64,000 bases of DNA from Eledone cirrhosa (GCA_964016885.1 OZ024743.1:19034001-19098000); one strand, 5' to 3'. Counted from the first letter of the stretch, positions 41,572-55,580 are shown. The notes: generated by a model from the letters alone, not told the origin. A program made the numbers and translations.

Positions 41572-41790
41572 GAGGGGTGTGGCTGATTAGTTAGATAACT
41601 GTATTCGCAATCGTGAGTTTGTCAGTTCGAGTGCTGGCCTGGGCGATGCGTTATGTCCTTCAGCAAGACACTTTATTTCCCGTTGCTCCTTCTACCCGGA
41701 GTTGCGACCGATAGATAGTATTAACAATTGGAAAGACCAACTAAATCATTGTTCTCTCGGTCCGATTTGACGAATGTCTATCGACAAAAA
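41572..41790 (+). mobile_element. tRNA-derived SINE, family 2
   Basis: A-box-like TGGCTGATTAGTT and B-box-like AGTTCGAGTGC, followed by TGTCCTTCAGCAAGACACTTTATTTC, a conserved SINE central-domain-like motif. Confidence 0.75.
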
Positions 41791-41899
41791 AAATATGTGT
41801 TAGTGTGTGTGTTAGGAAAATAAGAAAAAAAGCAGAAAATGCTAAAAGGATTTTAACATCAAAACATTTTCACAGCAAAACATTTTTTTTTAAATAATT

Positions 41900-42224
41900 T
41901 ATTATACCAATTTCAGCCGATAAATATATCGGCTCTTCCTGATACAGTAAATATGATAAAAAACATATAATATAATTAAGGTGTATATTAATTAGAAGAG
42001 GATATTAGAGAACATAGTTTATATATATAAAAATTAACCTTTTCGTTGATCTCTTTCTGTCTCTCTCTCCCTCTCTCTCTCTCTATCTATCTATCTATCT
42101 CTTCCTCATTCTCTCTCTCCCTTGGTGGTTCGTTGGTAGAATCACCTAAAATAGAAGTTGGCTCGTCCTCTATTACTGTCTGACTAGCTGTTGACTTCGA
42201 TTGCAGTAGTAGTAGTAGTAGTAT

Positions 42225-42284
<60 letters not shown>

Positions 42285-42347
42285 CAGCAGTAGTAGTAGT
42301 AGCAGCAGAAGAAGAAGAAGAAGAAGAAGAAGAAGAAGAAGAAGAAG

Positions 42348-42378
<31 letters not shown>

Positions 42379-43430
42379 TTTACACTGTTAACTGTAATAC
42401 GTTGACCCTGTTTGAAACAGAACTCTGGTCCTTATATTAGTTTGATCATTATATTAGTTCGGTCTTCCGAATTTTTTCATTGTTGGTTTCATTGTTGTGG
42501 CCGATTGAACTTTGGCCTGTTTAAGGATTTTTTCCATGACTTGGGTTGTCCTTTTCTCTTTATGCTGTTGCGTGTTTGAAGGATTTTTAGTAAAGGAATG
42601 TCCTGGAGGATGGTGTCGAAGACATCATTGTTTACGGGGTTGTGTGAGGAGATTTATGGTAGGATATTCAGTTTTGATTCATTCTTTAGTTTGGGGTGTC
42701 TAAGTTCATGGATACTGAGTTTTAGGGCACGTTGGAATCCATTGTTAACTAGAAGCATTGGATCATTTCTGCTGATGAATCTATCCTTTAGTTATTGGTG
42801 TCGTATGTAACAAGTGTTTTTATCAGATACTATTGTACAAATCATTTTGGCTACGTTGTAAGGAATAATAATTATAGTGTGTTTCGGGTGGCATGAGTTA
42901 AACGGAAGATATTGAGTGGTGTCCATGAGCTTATAGTATATGTCTGTTTCTGTTGTGTTGTTAATTTCCTTAATAAGGATATCGAAGAAAGGATGTTGTT
43001 TATGGCTGTATTCCATCGTAAATTTAATGTTTGTGTTAAGTCCATTTAGAAGTGCTTTACATTATTTAAATCTCTCCATACTAAAGGATGAAACAATGAT
43101 CCAGATATCTCTTCCAGTTACTTTCTAGGTACAGGTAGAAATACTGTCCGTATTTATCTATTACTTTGCGGTAGAGGGTGAATTCCAGGTATTCATTGAC
43201 TCAGTTAGCATGAGGGGGCCGTTTTCGTTCCAATTGCAGTCTCGGATTTCTGTCTGTAGAATTTGTCATTAAATACGAAGTAGTTATCCTTTATAAATTT
43301 GAGCCCTTCTATTACGAATTATTTTTTGATGCGCTGTGGGCGTTCATTGGAGTAATTTTCTACCCAAATTGGATACCTTCTATTCCTAGGTTGTGGGGGA
43401 TATTGGAATATAGGTTGACTAAATCATTGA
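41900..43430 (-). mobile_element. Decayed PLE (RT 42380-43430) related to 59640-60731, with a hammerhead relic downstream
   Basis: Broken peptides VNLYSNIPHNLG, NYFVFNDKFYRQ...AIGTKTAP, FTMEYSHKQHPFFDILI and DIYYK...QYLPFNSCHPKH. Relic on the minus strand at 41900-41945: AGGAAGA GCCGATA TATT TATCGGC T GAAA. Confidence 0.85.
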
Positions 43431-44582
43431 TTTGTTTTGTTAAATTTCAGTAAGCGATGTGGTAAATGGTATCCACACGATTCCATTACTGGTACATATC
43501 TTCCTGTCGTTAGATGGAAACATTCATTATACCTAGAATGCCTTTTCAATCTATAAACACGTGGGATGGCATTAAACTGTTAAGTATTCCGTTAAACTCA
43601 CAAGAGTTTATGTTAATAAAACTGGTATATAGTGACATTGAAGTGGATTAGTATTTTACAGCAACATTATCCTTTTTTTCTAAAATTAAAGAGAACTAAC
43701 ATAATTGCTGAAGGAATTGAATTAAGTATATGAATTACACGAAACATATTAAGAAATATATATAAGTTAACAATGTTACTGGAGAATATTTTTCCTGCAT
43801 TCATCACAACTTAATAAATATCACAATGTCCAGATATATTTATTCATATATTGGAAATATCAGATTAGATTTATATATCCTACTGTCACTAGAAAATAAT
43901 TTGTAACAACTAATATAGATTGCAAACAAACGGCCAATACGATATCTGCCTAAGTTATAAATAGAAGCGTTAATTAATTTCTTGGAATTTCCAATAAATA
44001 TTCTGACGATGTTTATCCTCCATCCTTTCCTTTCTCACAAAATTCCTCGATTCCATATTCCTCCCTTTCCTATCCGATCTGTGAATCAAACGGTTTCCTA
44101 TTCTTTCATAGTCACATACGCAAAGTCACGTTATCTTTCGTGTATTACATACGTGTCTATTACATTAATTTAAGGATATATATGTATAGGCGTAGTTTCG
44201 GAAGACGTTTACGAGATCAGTCAGCTGGTATCTGCAATATATGACGTTCGATACTTAATAGCGACAGCTGGCATCTATACTCTCGTCTGTAAAGTTATTT
44301 ACACAATTTCCTAATCTACGTTTTGCAACAAATGTATTTGCACATATTTATTTGGGTCTACATTTTCGTATATTTCCAACGAACCACACGATCTCTAAGC
44401 GCTTTGAGAGTTCAAACACAAACACAGATATAGACACACACACACACACAGAAACACACGCACACACTCACACACATATGTATAAGAGATGTCAACATGA
44501 ATGGACCTGTTATTTTTATCTAAAGACACTTTGTCCAATTCCATCACGCCCGTCCCCTCAATCTATCTTATTTCTCACTCTT

Positions 44583-44618
44583 TCTTTTGATGAAGGACTA
44601 GCGTCCGAACGGTTAAGA
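44583..44618 (+). ncRNA. Degenerate minimal hammerhead
   Basis: TCTT TTGATGA A GGAC TAGC GTCC GAAC GGTT AAGA. Stems I and II are retained; the core has a C-to-T change and one A missing. Confidence 0.55.
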
Positions 44619-45144
44619 CAATCTTCCTGCTATATCAAGCATTAACCTAATATATCCCTTCCATATACTGTACCGATTGTGTTGATACTTCTGTTTACCT
44701 TTTACATACACACATACACACGCACACACTGGAGATCCTGTCCGAGACACTCTTCACCACTGCCTTGGTTATGGATCTAGAGTGGTTTGATTTTGCGTTA
44801 ACATATACGAGTTTCTCGTTGGGCTTGTGGTAGGGATAGTATTGCTCGGTGTTCAGGTTTAGGTGTTTATGTTATTTTGTTCCTTTAACACCTTGTCCCT
44901 TCTACCATTTTATCAATTTTTTAAGCTAACTCCAACAATAACAACACTTAGAATGAGGAATGTTCTAATAACTGACCAATGAGAGGAGAAGAGGACCTTT
45001 GACACTGAAACTCGTTTGTTTGAATTCATATGATTCCAGTTTCTAAGTGAAATAACGACCCAACCAGGAACTGGGCGTGTCAGAGTATTCACAATATTAT
45101 ACACCTCAACAACATATGTACTTGTCTATACCATACTAATTCAA

Positions 45145-45199
45145 ACTGCCAGAAGAGGTCACAACCAAAGAAGGCTGTCACCGAAATATATATAGCAGT
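45145..45199 (+). ncRNA. Hammerhead motif, stem I intact and core U-to-A mutated
   Basis: ACTGC CAGAAGA GGTCACAACC AAAGAA GGCTGTCACC GAAA TATAT ATA GCAGT. Confidence 0.6.
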
Positions 45200-45249
45200 A
45201 ATAAACGAAGCTAAATTTTAATCATTTGACTTTTTATTTAACTTTATTT

Positions 45250-45282
<33 letters not shown>

Positions 45283-45311
45283 GTATATATATATCCATAT
45301 GTATATATATA

Positions 45312-46712
45312 TAGTTGGGAGGGTCATGTTGCCAATAAGAAAACACACGCACCAGCTGCTTTCACTTCAATTTATTATAATAAATTTATAAATTTATAAA
45401 TTTCTGGTTGGTCGGTTGGTTCCACAATCAGATAGTTGTTTATATATAGTCATAGTTCTTTCGTCACACACTCTGTGACCTCTTCAGTGACTGGGGATTC
45501 CTTTCTTTGTTTCTGTGCCTCTCCTTTGTTCTGTCCTACGCCATTTTGTTTCTGTGTGTGTGTTGTGTGCTCAGTCTGCGCATGCGCCACATCCGGGTGT
45601 ATGTGTGTGTTTATGTTCATTTATTTATTTGTTTACTTACATGTTACTGGTTGGTTGTTTGTTCTATGTGTGTGTGCGTTTTCATTTTGTCCTTAATTGT
45701 AAGTTGTGATGTTGCTGTTCCACTCATATTTTCTATTTAATTTTGGTTGTAATTCTTTTATGTTTATTGCCTCTGTAATTTGTCTAAACATTGCGTCTTT
45801 TCTGTGTGTAGATTCTATTTTCTTTTCTATGTTCTCTAATTTACCCTTGTGTTCTATTTTAGCATGTTTGTAGAGTACAGATGATTCTTTATTATCTTGA
45901 AGGTCTCGCCAGTGTTCATTTATCCGTTCCCCTACACTACGAGCTGTCTCACCTATGTACACTATATTTTTGTCTCTACATTGTCCTTCAGTACATCTTA
46001 TGCTATACACTACATTTCTAGTTTTACAGTTAATATGGGGGCTTATTTTACAGGTTATACATTTCTCATCTATACATGAGGGTCTTTGAAAACCGTATGT
46101 CTTGCTAATAAGTGTTTTTGCGGAGGTACCTGGTCTTTCTACTATCTTAATATTGAGTTTACGTTTATTTAGGGCCCTTCTAAATGTGTAAGCTAATTCA
46201 CCTCTAGGAGTTGTATCGATGAACATTACACTCTGGTATTTATTGCTATCATACCATGAGTTTATTCTATAACCCTTGTTCCTAGTTCTTTCTATTCTAT
46301 TCCAAAATTTGCTCCTATACAAGGGGCAGGTCCCATTTATGTCATTATTTACCATTTTTTCCCATTTGGTTCTGGCTCCTCTATACACTCTGATTTTATC
46401 TCTCTGATTGTAGCAAGAGAACTGCATACGGTGGATGAAGTGTTGTATGTGTCTCTCGAGTTCTTCGGGGTTGCACATGCGGGACACATTTATCATCACC
46501 CGTACCAAATCCGCAATCAGTATGTTGATTTTGGTATGGTCTGAAACGGCCGAGTTTCGGTGGATCAGATGTTTGGAAGTCATGGGTTTGGCATAATGGG
46601 AATGGAGGATTTGTTTTTTGTTGTTAATGGTATCTAACCAGAGCTCTGTGTCTAGTACAGGTAATCGATGGTTGGGTGTTTACTTGGTAGTCTATAGTAA
46701 CTCTAATGCTCT
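45312..46712 (-). mobile_element. 5'-truncated Naiad-like Penelope element (RT thumb, GIY-YIG and pseudo-LTR with hammerhead)
   Basis: SIRVTIDY/HPNHRLPVLDTELW...HYAKPMTSKHLIHRNSA...K..IL..DLVR...NVS. Linker CIDEKCITC...CKTRNVVYSIRC...YIGETAR...ERINEH, then RQITEA.I...KLNRKYEW (ORF 45693-46583). Confidence 0.88.
45448..45492 (-). ncRNA. Minimal type I hammerhead ribozyme, intact
   Basis: AGTCA CTGAAGA G GTCACA GAGTG TGTGAC GAAA GAA CTA TGACT. Stem I is 5 bp, stem II 6 bp, triplet CTA. Lies ~200 nt 3' of the PLE stop codon on the same strand. Confidence 0.8.
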
Positions 46713-47059
46713 GATAACTATTATCATCTTATATTCTCTCAACTAATCACACTTGATCATATTTCTCTATCCCGTTTTCTCCTCCCATAATTATTATATG
46801 TTTATTATTATTTGAAAAAATCGGTTTTTTTACATTGTGTATTACCCTCCAAATATTCGCTTATATTTCTTTATATATTCTCTATATATTTTTTTATCTT
46901 TATTATTTCCACTTTTATCCTCCTTTATATTTTACCTTATTCTTACTTTTATACCTTATTATAGTGTAATCTCCCCATGCCTTATTATACACTATTAACT
47001 ATAGATTATTATTATTACTCTTTTTCCATTTCTAATTACCTCATGTACTTTCTCCTCCG

Positions 47060-47098
<39 letters not shown>

Positions 47099-47344
47099 AT
47101 GCCCTTTGTGTTTGTGTAGACTCTGCGCACCCTCTGCACCATACTATCGACACCACCCCATCTATGGTTCAGCTAACCACCCGACTCCCGGGAATGAATA
47201 TGACCGCAGCTAGTAAACAAGGACCCACACCCCACCCTCCCGCACCAAAATTAGACTTATCGTCCCCTACTTTTGCTCTTTACTCTCTTTACACTTTGTT
47301 CTTGAATGTTTGGTTGGTAGAGTCCATAACACCAATCATATATA

Positions 47345-47400
<56 letters not shown>

Positions 47401-47429
47401 CAAAATGCCTTTCACCTTAATATGGTGGA

Positions 47430-48764
47430 TATTTTAGCCTACATATTGTTGTAATATTAATGATGTTCCCTGCTGTATTAGCGATAAATTTTCGAGGGTT
47501 TTTCTTAGTAGTTTTCATGACGTTATTATTGTTAATTTTACTGATGTAGTATTAACTTGGATATTTACCATGCGGTATTCTAATTCTATTGTATCTCTCT
47601 CAGTTATTTACCATGCGACCCTCACTTCCTACCCCCCTCTCTATGCATCTCTTTAAGGTTTACTACCCTGTTTTTAACCTAATTCATTCAATCTGAAAAT
47701 ATTGAAGAGATAAGACACTTTCCCATTCTTCTCTGCTAAAATGTATCACTAGAGTTTATTCCAATTTTTCCAGCCATCCATCCATCCTTACTAATCTCCG
47801 AAGGTATTTTAGCCTACATATTGTTGTAATATTAATGATGTTCCCTGCTGTATTAGCGATAAATTTTCGAGGGTTTTTCTTAGTAGTTTTCATGACGTTA
47901 TTATTGTTAATTTTACTGATGTAGTATTAACTTGGATATTTACCATGCGGTATTCTAATTCTATTGTATCTCTCTCAGTTATTTACCATGCGACCCTCAC
48001 TTCTTAACACCCCCCTCTCTCTATGCATCTCTTTAAGGTTTTCTACCCTGTCTTTAACCTAATTCATTCAATCTGAAAATATTGAAGAGATAAGACACTT
48101 TCCCATTCTTCTCTGCTAAAATGTGTCACTAGAGTTGATTCCAATTTTTCCAGCCATCCATCCATCCTTACTAATCTCCGAAGGTATTTTAGCCTACATA
48201 TTGTTGTAATATTAATGATGTTCCCTGCTGTATTAGCGATACATTTTCGAGGGTTTTTCTTAGTAGTTTTCATGACGTTATTATTGTTAATTTTACTGAT
48301 GTAGTATTAACTTGGATATTTACAATGCGGTATTCTAATTCTATTGTATCTCTCTCAGTTATTTACCATGCGACCCTCACTTCCTACCCCCCCTCTCTAT
48401 GCATCTCTTTAAGGTTTTCTACCCTGTCTTTAACCTAATTCATTCAATCTGAAAATATTGAAGAGATAAGACACTTTCCCATTCTTCTCTGCTAAAATGT
48501 GTCACTAGAGTTGATTCCAATTTTTCCAGCCATCCATCCATCCTTACTAATCTCCGAAGGTATTTTAGCCTACATATTGTTGTAATATTAATGATGTTCC
48601 CTGCTGTATTAGCGATAAATTTTCGAGGGTTTTTCTTAGTAGTTTTCATGACGTTATTATTGTTAATTTTACTGATGTAGTATTAACTTGGATATTTACA
48701 ATGCGGTATTCTAATTCTATTGTATCTCTCTCAGTTATTTACCATGCGACCCTCACTTCCTACC
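47430..48764. repeat. Young tandem array: ~3.5 copies of a 375-380-bp unit
   Basis: Unit starts TATTTTAGCCTACATATTG at 47430, 47805, 48185 and 48561. Only a few substitutions separate the copies. Confidence 0.96.
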
Positions 48765-48944
48765 TCACAAGTTCTCTCCCCCCACCCCCACACACCACCA
48801 TAGTCTATTCGACCAATCAAACCTAGCATGCCATTTCCACTGCTGCTGCTACTACCTGCCTAACTAACTCTCTCCTCCTCTGGCGCATCCCAACGCACCC
48901 TGCCAGTACCCCACCACCACTGTTCTTCTAGCCCTCAATTTTCC

Positions 48945-51900
48945 CACCGTTATGGATGGATGAGCTGAGAATACATTTGAGCAACTCTGAATCAATAGAT
49001 GAAATATGAATCTGCGAGCTACCAAGCACCCACGTGAAGCGCCAACCCAGAGACCCTCCCCTACGAGTGTCGACAAATGCCCAAAACTCCGAGTTGGTAC
49101 CATCAATGTAGGCTCAATGAAAGGAAGAGCAGGAGAAATCGTAGAAATGCTAGAGCGAAAGGAAGTTGATGTATGCTGTGTGCAAGAGACTAGATGGAGA
49201 GGAGGGTCTGCTAGAGTCCTTGTAGGAAAAAGCCAGTGCTACAAATTTTTCTGGGTGGGAAATGACGATGGGATGGGTGGTGTAGGTATACTATTAGCTG
49301 ACAAGTGGGTAGATAAAGTAATCTCAGGGTAAATGCAAGGATCATTGAACTCAGACTAGTCCTGAATAAGACAATTACCACAGTAATATCAGCTTACGCA
49401 CCCCAATCGGGGCTGCCAGACGAACTTAAGGATAGGTTTTACGAGTCCCTAATACACACTACTGCTCTAACAGACGACAAGGACTTCCTAATCATTGCAG
49501 GAGATTTTAACGGACACGTAGGTAAACACTGCGACGGCTTCAATAGAGTACATGGAGGCCATCGAGTTGGCACAAGGAATGAGGAAGGATTCAGATTTCT
49601 AGAATTCTGCGACGCCAATGACATGTCGATATGTAACACAAACTTTAAAAAACCCGACAACCACCTGATCACCTATAGATCAGGGGAGCACTCTAGTCAG
49701 TTAGATTTTATCCTCATCAGAGGACGTGACAGATGGACGGTCGTAAACACAAAAGCCTTCCCTAGTGAGGAATGTACATCCCAACATAGCTTAGTTGTCA
49801 GCGACCTCACGGTCAGAACTAGACGAACCCAGAAACAGAGGCCAACCTGGAGAAGAAAGATCTGGAAGCTGAAAGTCCCCTCAACCAGTAACAGATTTAA
49901 AGATATTTTACTCAACGCCTACGACAGTAAAGAAGAACAGATAGAGACATTTAACGTAGAAGAGAACTGGGAGTTCCTAAAAAATAACTTACTAGAGGCG
50001 ACGGATGAGGTTTGTTGCTGGAGTAAGACCTCAAGCAGGAGGAGAGTGACTTGGTGGTGGAACAATAAGGTAGATGAAGCAGTCAAGGCCAAGAGACAGG
50101 CATGGAAAGAATGGAAGAACGGGGGGAGCAGGGTACATTACATAGAGACCAAGAGGGAAGCTAGGCGACAAGTATACTTACCTAGGAGGGAAGCAGAGGA
50201 TAGAAAATTCAAGCATGTTTTACAACGTGAGGACCAGAAACAGGAGGAGGTATTCAAGATTGCGAGGCAGTGTGTCAGAGATAGTTGTGATGTCATTGGA
50301 GAGAAGTGTATCCGGAATGATAATGGTGAGCTTGCCCTCACAAGTGCTGAGAAGAAAGATGCATGGAAGAGTCATTATGATAGATTACTAAATGAGGAGA
50401 ATGCATGGGAAGAAGAGACCCTACCCCATGTAGACCCTATAGAGGGACCAGCAGTACAAGTCAGCGGCAGCGTAGTAAGTAAGGCAATCAGAGATATGAA
50501 GATAGGGAAGGCAACCGGTCCATCGGGTATAGCTGCCGAGATGCTGAAGGCATCTGGGTCTGTAGGTCACGCTATAACCACACGTATCGTTAACCAGGTA
50601 ATACTAGAAGGGGCCATACCAAAAGATTGGTGCAGTAGCATCATTGTCAACTGCTACAAAGGTAAAGGCGATGCACTAGATAGAGGAAACTATAGAGGTA
50701 TAAAGTTGATGGACCAGGTCGTGAAAGTAACAGAAAGAGTTATAGCACAGCTGATTAGGGACCGGGTGAATATAGACGAGATGCAATTTGGGTTTGTACC
50801 AGGGAGAGGCACCACTGATGCCCTCTTCCTTGTGAGGCAATTACAGGAAAAGTACCTAGTTAAAGTAAGCCACTCTACTTGGCATTTGTCGACCTTGAGA
50901 AAGCCTTTGACAGAGTTCCACGTGCAGTAATCTGGTGGGCTCTTAGAAAACTAGGAATAGATGAATGGCTTGTGAAAGCGGTACAAGCCATGTATAGGGG
51001 AGCAGTCAGCAAAGTTAGGATTAGCAATGAGTATAGCGAGGAATTTAGCGTACAGGTTGGGGTCCACCAGGGCTCTGTTCTTAGCCCTCTCCTGTTCATC
51101 ATAGTCCTGCAGGCAATAACGGAGGAGTTTAAGACCGGATGCCCATGGGAACTCCTGTATGCTGATGACCTCGCACTCATAGCTGAATCTATGGTAGAAC
51201 TAGAGAATAAATTCCAAACCTGGAAGCAGGGACTAGAGAGAAAGGGCCTCAAAGTCAACATGACAAAGACTAAGGTCCTTGTAAGTAGACGAGAAAACAG
51301 AACCCAGATCCCCTCAGGGAAATGGCCTTGCTCAGTATGTAGGAAAGGTGTAGGTAGGAACTCCATTCTCTGCCCCAAATGCAAACAATGGGTACACAAG
51401 AGATGTAGCGGGATCTCAGGAAGCTTAATTAAGAATGTAGGATTCACATGCAGCAGCTGTGCTGAAACAGCAAGCAAACAGCCACAGGAAACAAGTACCA
51501 CCAATCTCTGGGAGGGCCCTGTAGAAACAGTAGACAGCTTCTGCTACCTAGGTGACCGAATTAGCAACGGAGGTGGGTGCTCAGAAAGTACAATAACTAG
51601 GGTAAGAACGGGATGGAAGAAGTTTAGGGAACTACTACCACTGCTAGCTGCAAAAGGGTTCTCCCTCAGAATGAAAGGCAGACTGTATGATGCGTGTATC
51701 CGAACAGCGATGTTGCATGGTAGTGAGACCTGGGCGCTGAAGGTGGAAGACTTACGTAGATTAGAGAGAAACGAAGCCTGCATGCTCCGATGGATTTGTA
51801 ACAGTAATATACGTGAACGACAAAGCATAAAGGAATTGAGAGAGAGACTGAGCATAAGAGGAATCAAATGTTGCGTGCAGGAGAGGCGGTTACGCTGGTA

Positions 51901-52431
51901 TGGACATGTGATGCGTATGAAGGATGACAGCTGCATAAAAAGGTGCAGAGCACTAGAAGTTGATGGAAACCGCGGAGTGGGGAGACCCAAGATGACTTGG
52001 GATGAGGTGATAAAAGCCGACCTTACCCAACTACACCTCTCAAAGTCAATGACACACGACCGTGACTTCTGGCGTCACGCAGTAATACAGGGTACCCGAC
52101 CTCCCATGGGTACATGCTGAAGCATATAAACAATATGCCCCCACTCCCCCCCCCCCCCACCGCAAGGTGGTCGTGGAGGTGCCACGGCAAAAAAGCACCC
52201 AGCCCACACTGTAAAGTGGACGTGTAGGCGCCACGAAAAAGCACCCAGCACTCACTGTAAATGAGGTTGGTGTTAGGAAGGGCATCTAGCTGTAGAAATC
52301 AAGCCAGACCAGTTCCTGTATGAGCAAGGCATGGTCAGCCGACCAGACACTGCACACAACAGGACAACCCGTCTAACCCATGCTAGCGTGGAAGAACGGA
52401 CGTAAAACGGTGATGATGATGATGATGATGA
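48945..52431 (+). mobile_element. Near full-length RTE-clade LINE (APE, RT with inserted PHD finger, (GAT)n tail)
   Basis: APE motifs VGTINVG, CVQETRW, SAYAPQ, AGDFNGH and SQLDFIL. RT motifs YRGIKL, QFGF, FVDLEKAFD, GVHQGSVLSP and YADDL. PHD-like CSVC...CPKCKQWVHKRC...CSSC. Lesions at ~49330 and ~50870. 3' tail GATGATGAT at 52412-52431. 5' boundary approximate. Confidence 0.95.
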
Positions 52432-53618
52432 TATATAAACAAAATTTGTTTTTACCCACCAAATATTGCTTTCTCCTGCAAACGAACATAGTAAATATCT
52501 ACGCATCTTCGACCGTAACGCATCATGAAACCTCTTTTAACACCATTACTCCACCATAAGGGTATCTTTTTATTTACTTCCTTAGCTTCTCACTCCAAGT
52601 CAATTCTATTTAACTGTAATTCCATAAGTGCAGTTTCTGTCAGGTTAAAAACCATTAAGTCATGATTCTCTTTATCAAATCCTTCTTTTAAAAGCAAATA
52701 TATTGTGTTTCACTATAACAATGATGTAAATAAATTAGCACAGATAACCATACCGCAAAATTATTATTATCTACAGTATCGCAAAGATATGTTAAATAAT
52801 AATAGTAAAATAATGTCATGAAGAATTTTATTTCAAGATTTATGTTTTTCAAAATTTATATTTCAGGAGTGACGTAAGAAAATATATGAAAGGTACAAAG
52901 AATGCTATGTGTGTATATATATATATAAATACATAAAATGTATAAACATACATACAAATACATAAAATGTGTACATAAAATACATAAAATGATTTCATTT
53001 GTATATGTGAGTGCATAATACTCCCTTAAGTTTGTGATGGCTTTGAAGTTGCCATATATGAACTATACAATATGCATTCATGCATACGTATAGAATAAAT
53101 AATTTCTTACGCATATATCTATATAACTGGTATATTAGTCCCTGTTATCCTGGTATGGTTCTCGCATTTCGAGTATTTGCAATTGTTTAATCTTGATTAT
53201 GAATCATATTGATATCACATATAATGAAATTTCTTTTCTATTCGCATTTCGAAACATTCCCTGTATATCTGATTAAGCACGTTGTTGTTTATGTAAAAGT
53301 GGATGATTCTAATCCTTTTCCGCATCACAGTGACTAGACAAATAAGAGTAGAAGACGTACTTGCTTCTCAAATAAAGTATAGATCAGATGATATTACAGA
53401 TGTTAAATCTGTCAAATTTCATGTAGTATATGTTCATTTAGAGTGTTCGAGTGTATTCCGTAACAACATATCGAAAGTTTAGATTTAAGTTTCAAAGATT
53501 CGTTATTAAAGTTGTGTTCATGTGTGCCTCTTAATGTACGTGCATATAAATGTATGTGCATTCACATTCACAACACGTATGTATTTGAGTATGACAGAAA
53601 GTATGACAGAAAGTATGA

Positions 53619-53664
<46 letters not shown>

Positions 53665-53668
<4 letters not shown>

Positions 53669-53775
53669 GTTTCTACTTTAGGCACAAGGCCAGCAATTAT
53701 CCAGTACATTACTGGTACTTTATTTTATTGACCCCGTAAGGATGAAAGGCAAAGTCAACCTCGGCGGGATTTGAA
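53665..53775 (-). mobile_element. 5'-truncated SINE, family 1
   Basis: TTGTTTCTACTTTAGGCACAAGGCCAGCAATT...GGATGAAAGGCAAAGTCAACCTCGGCGGGATTTGAA. Confidence 0.9.
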
Positions 53776-54007
53776 TATATATATATATAATGAAAGAGAG
53801 AGAGGAGGGAAGATAGATAGAGTAATGCATTTGCGTATACGTGTATGGGTGTATATATGTATATATGCATTTCTTCCTGTCTGCATAATTTCTCATATAT
53901 ATATATGTCTGCATAATTTGACATATATATATGTCTCCACGCATACAATCTTGCAGATTGTGGTACATTTGATATATATATATATATACGTATATACGTA
54001 TATATAC

Positions 54008-54288
<281 letters not shown>

Positions 54289-55161
54289 CCTATATACGTA
54301 TATATATATATATATATATACAGTATATATATAAAAGTACACGTGACAATTAGAAATGAGATAATGTTTGCATTAATAGTATCTCTAACATAGGTTAGAA
54401 ACACGATGTATGCAGAGAAGACTAAATAAAAATAATAAAACGAAATAAAAATTGCTTACGATTAAAAACGTTGGAAAGATGAAATAGATCGAAATGAGTG
54501 AATATGGGAGAAAAATGTTTGAAGAGATTCTAAATCAAAGAGTCTGGAGAAAATAGCAAAGAGAAAGTTAATACGTAGTTCTTAGAAACAAGTAATACAA
54601 ATGTAAAAATATTTTTTTCCTAAAGAACGTTGGACGATAGTGGGTTTGATGAGGAAAATTTGGTGGTGGTGTAGGAGAAGATAAACAACAGAAGATGTGA
54701 GAAAAATATAAGAAAAGAAGGAAAGTATCATAATAATATGATGAAATGTTTCGAGGCCTGACGAGTGTGAACATAATATATGCGAAGTCTATATAAATGT
54801 AAAAGTGCTAAACAATATTAATACGAACACAGTTTATTAAAGATTAAAATGAAGAGACAAAATATTCAGGATTGATTAAAGGGTACAGTAGAGAATAGCT
54901 GGAAGAGAAGAAGGCGTAAGAAAAACGATGACGAAAAACAGCAACATCGAATCTGAAGAAAAACGTGAGAAATGAAATAAGCAGTTAAACATGTTTAACG
55001 AAAGTGAAGTAAAAAGTAAACATGACACGACGAGGATTAAAAAAAATGAGAAATGATAGTAAATAGATTCCACATTAACGGGCTCTTAAGAAAGGGAATA
55101 CAGAAACCTATAAAAATGCAATGGAACAAGTGTTTTTTAGCTTTTCTTTCAACTCTGTTGT

Positions 55162-55240
<79 letters not shown>

Positions 55241-55377
55241 TCTTTAGATATGTTGCCGAACTACTTAGGACCAACTATTTTAGCTGAAACACAGTTAGAA
55301 ATCGATCAGATACATCAAAAATACGAGCAGCTGCACTCTGAAAAAAATTTCAATTTAAATAGGAATCAAAATAATGA

Positions 55378-55580
55378 TTTACTTTAGGCACAAGGCCAGC
55401 TATTTGGGAGTGAGGGGAATGCCGATTATATCGACGCCAGTTCTTTAGTGGTACTTTATTTTATAGATCGTGGAAGGATGGAAGGCAAAATTGACCTCAG
55501 TGAGATTTAAACTCAGAACGTAAGGAGCCTAAATAAATACTGTTCCGCATTTGTCTGACGTTCTAACGATTCTACCTATC
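55378..55580 (-). mobile_element. SINE, family 1, diverged copy
   Basis: TTTAGGCACAAGGCCAGC...GGAAGGATGGAAGGCAAAATTGACCTCAG...AACTCAGAAC. Confidence 0.85.

Noticed and set aside
41572-41650. tRNA gene
   Set aside because: A/B boxes are present but there is no cloverleaf and it continues into a SINE body; the same holds for the family 1 heads.
43450-43560. Possible host exon after TTTCAG (KRCGKWYPHDSIT...), and similar candidates at 22573 and 40183
   Set aside because: Short open frames with weak splice signals and no recognisable homology; cannot be supported without RNA data.
47430-48764. Tandem array as a retrozyme or CRISPR-like array
   Set aside because: No CTGANGA...GAAA motif on either strand and no unique spacers; eukaryotic context.
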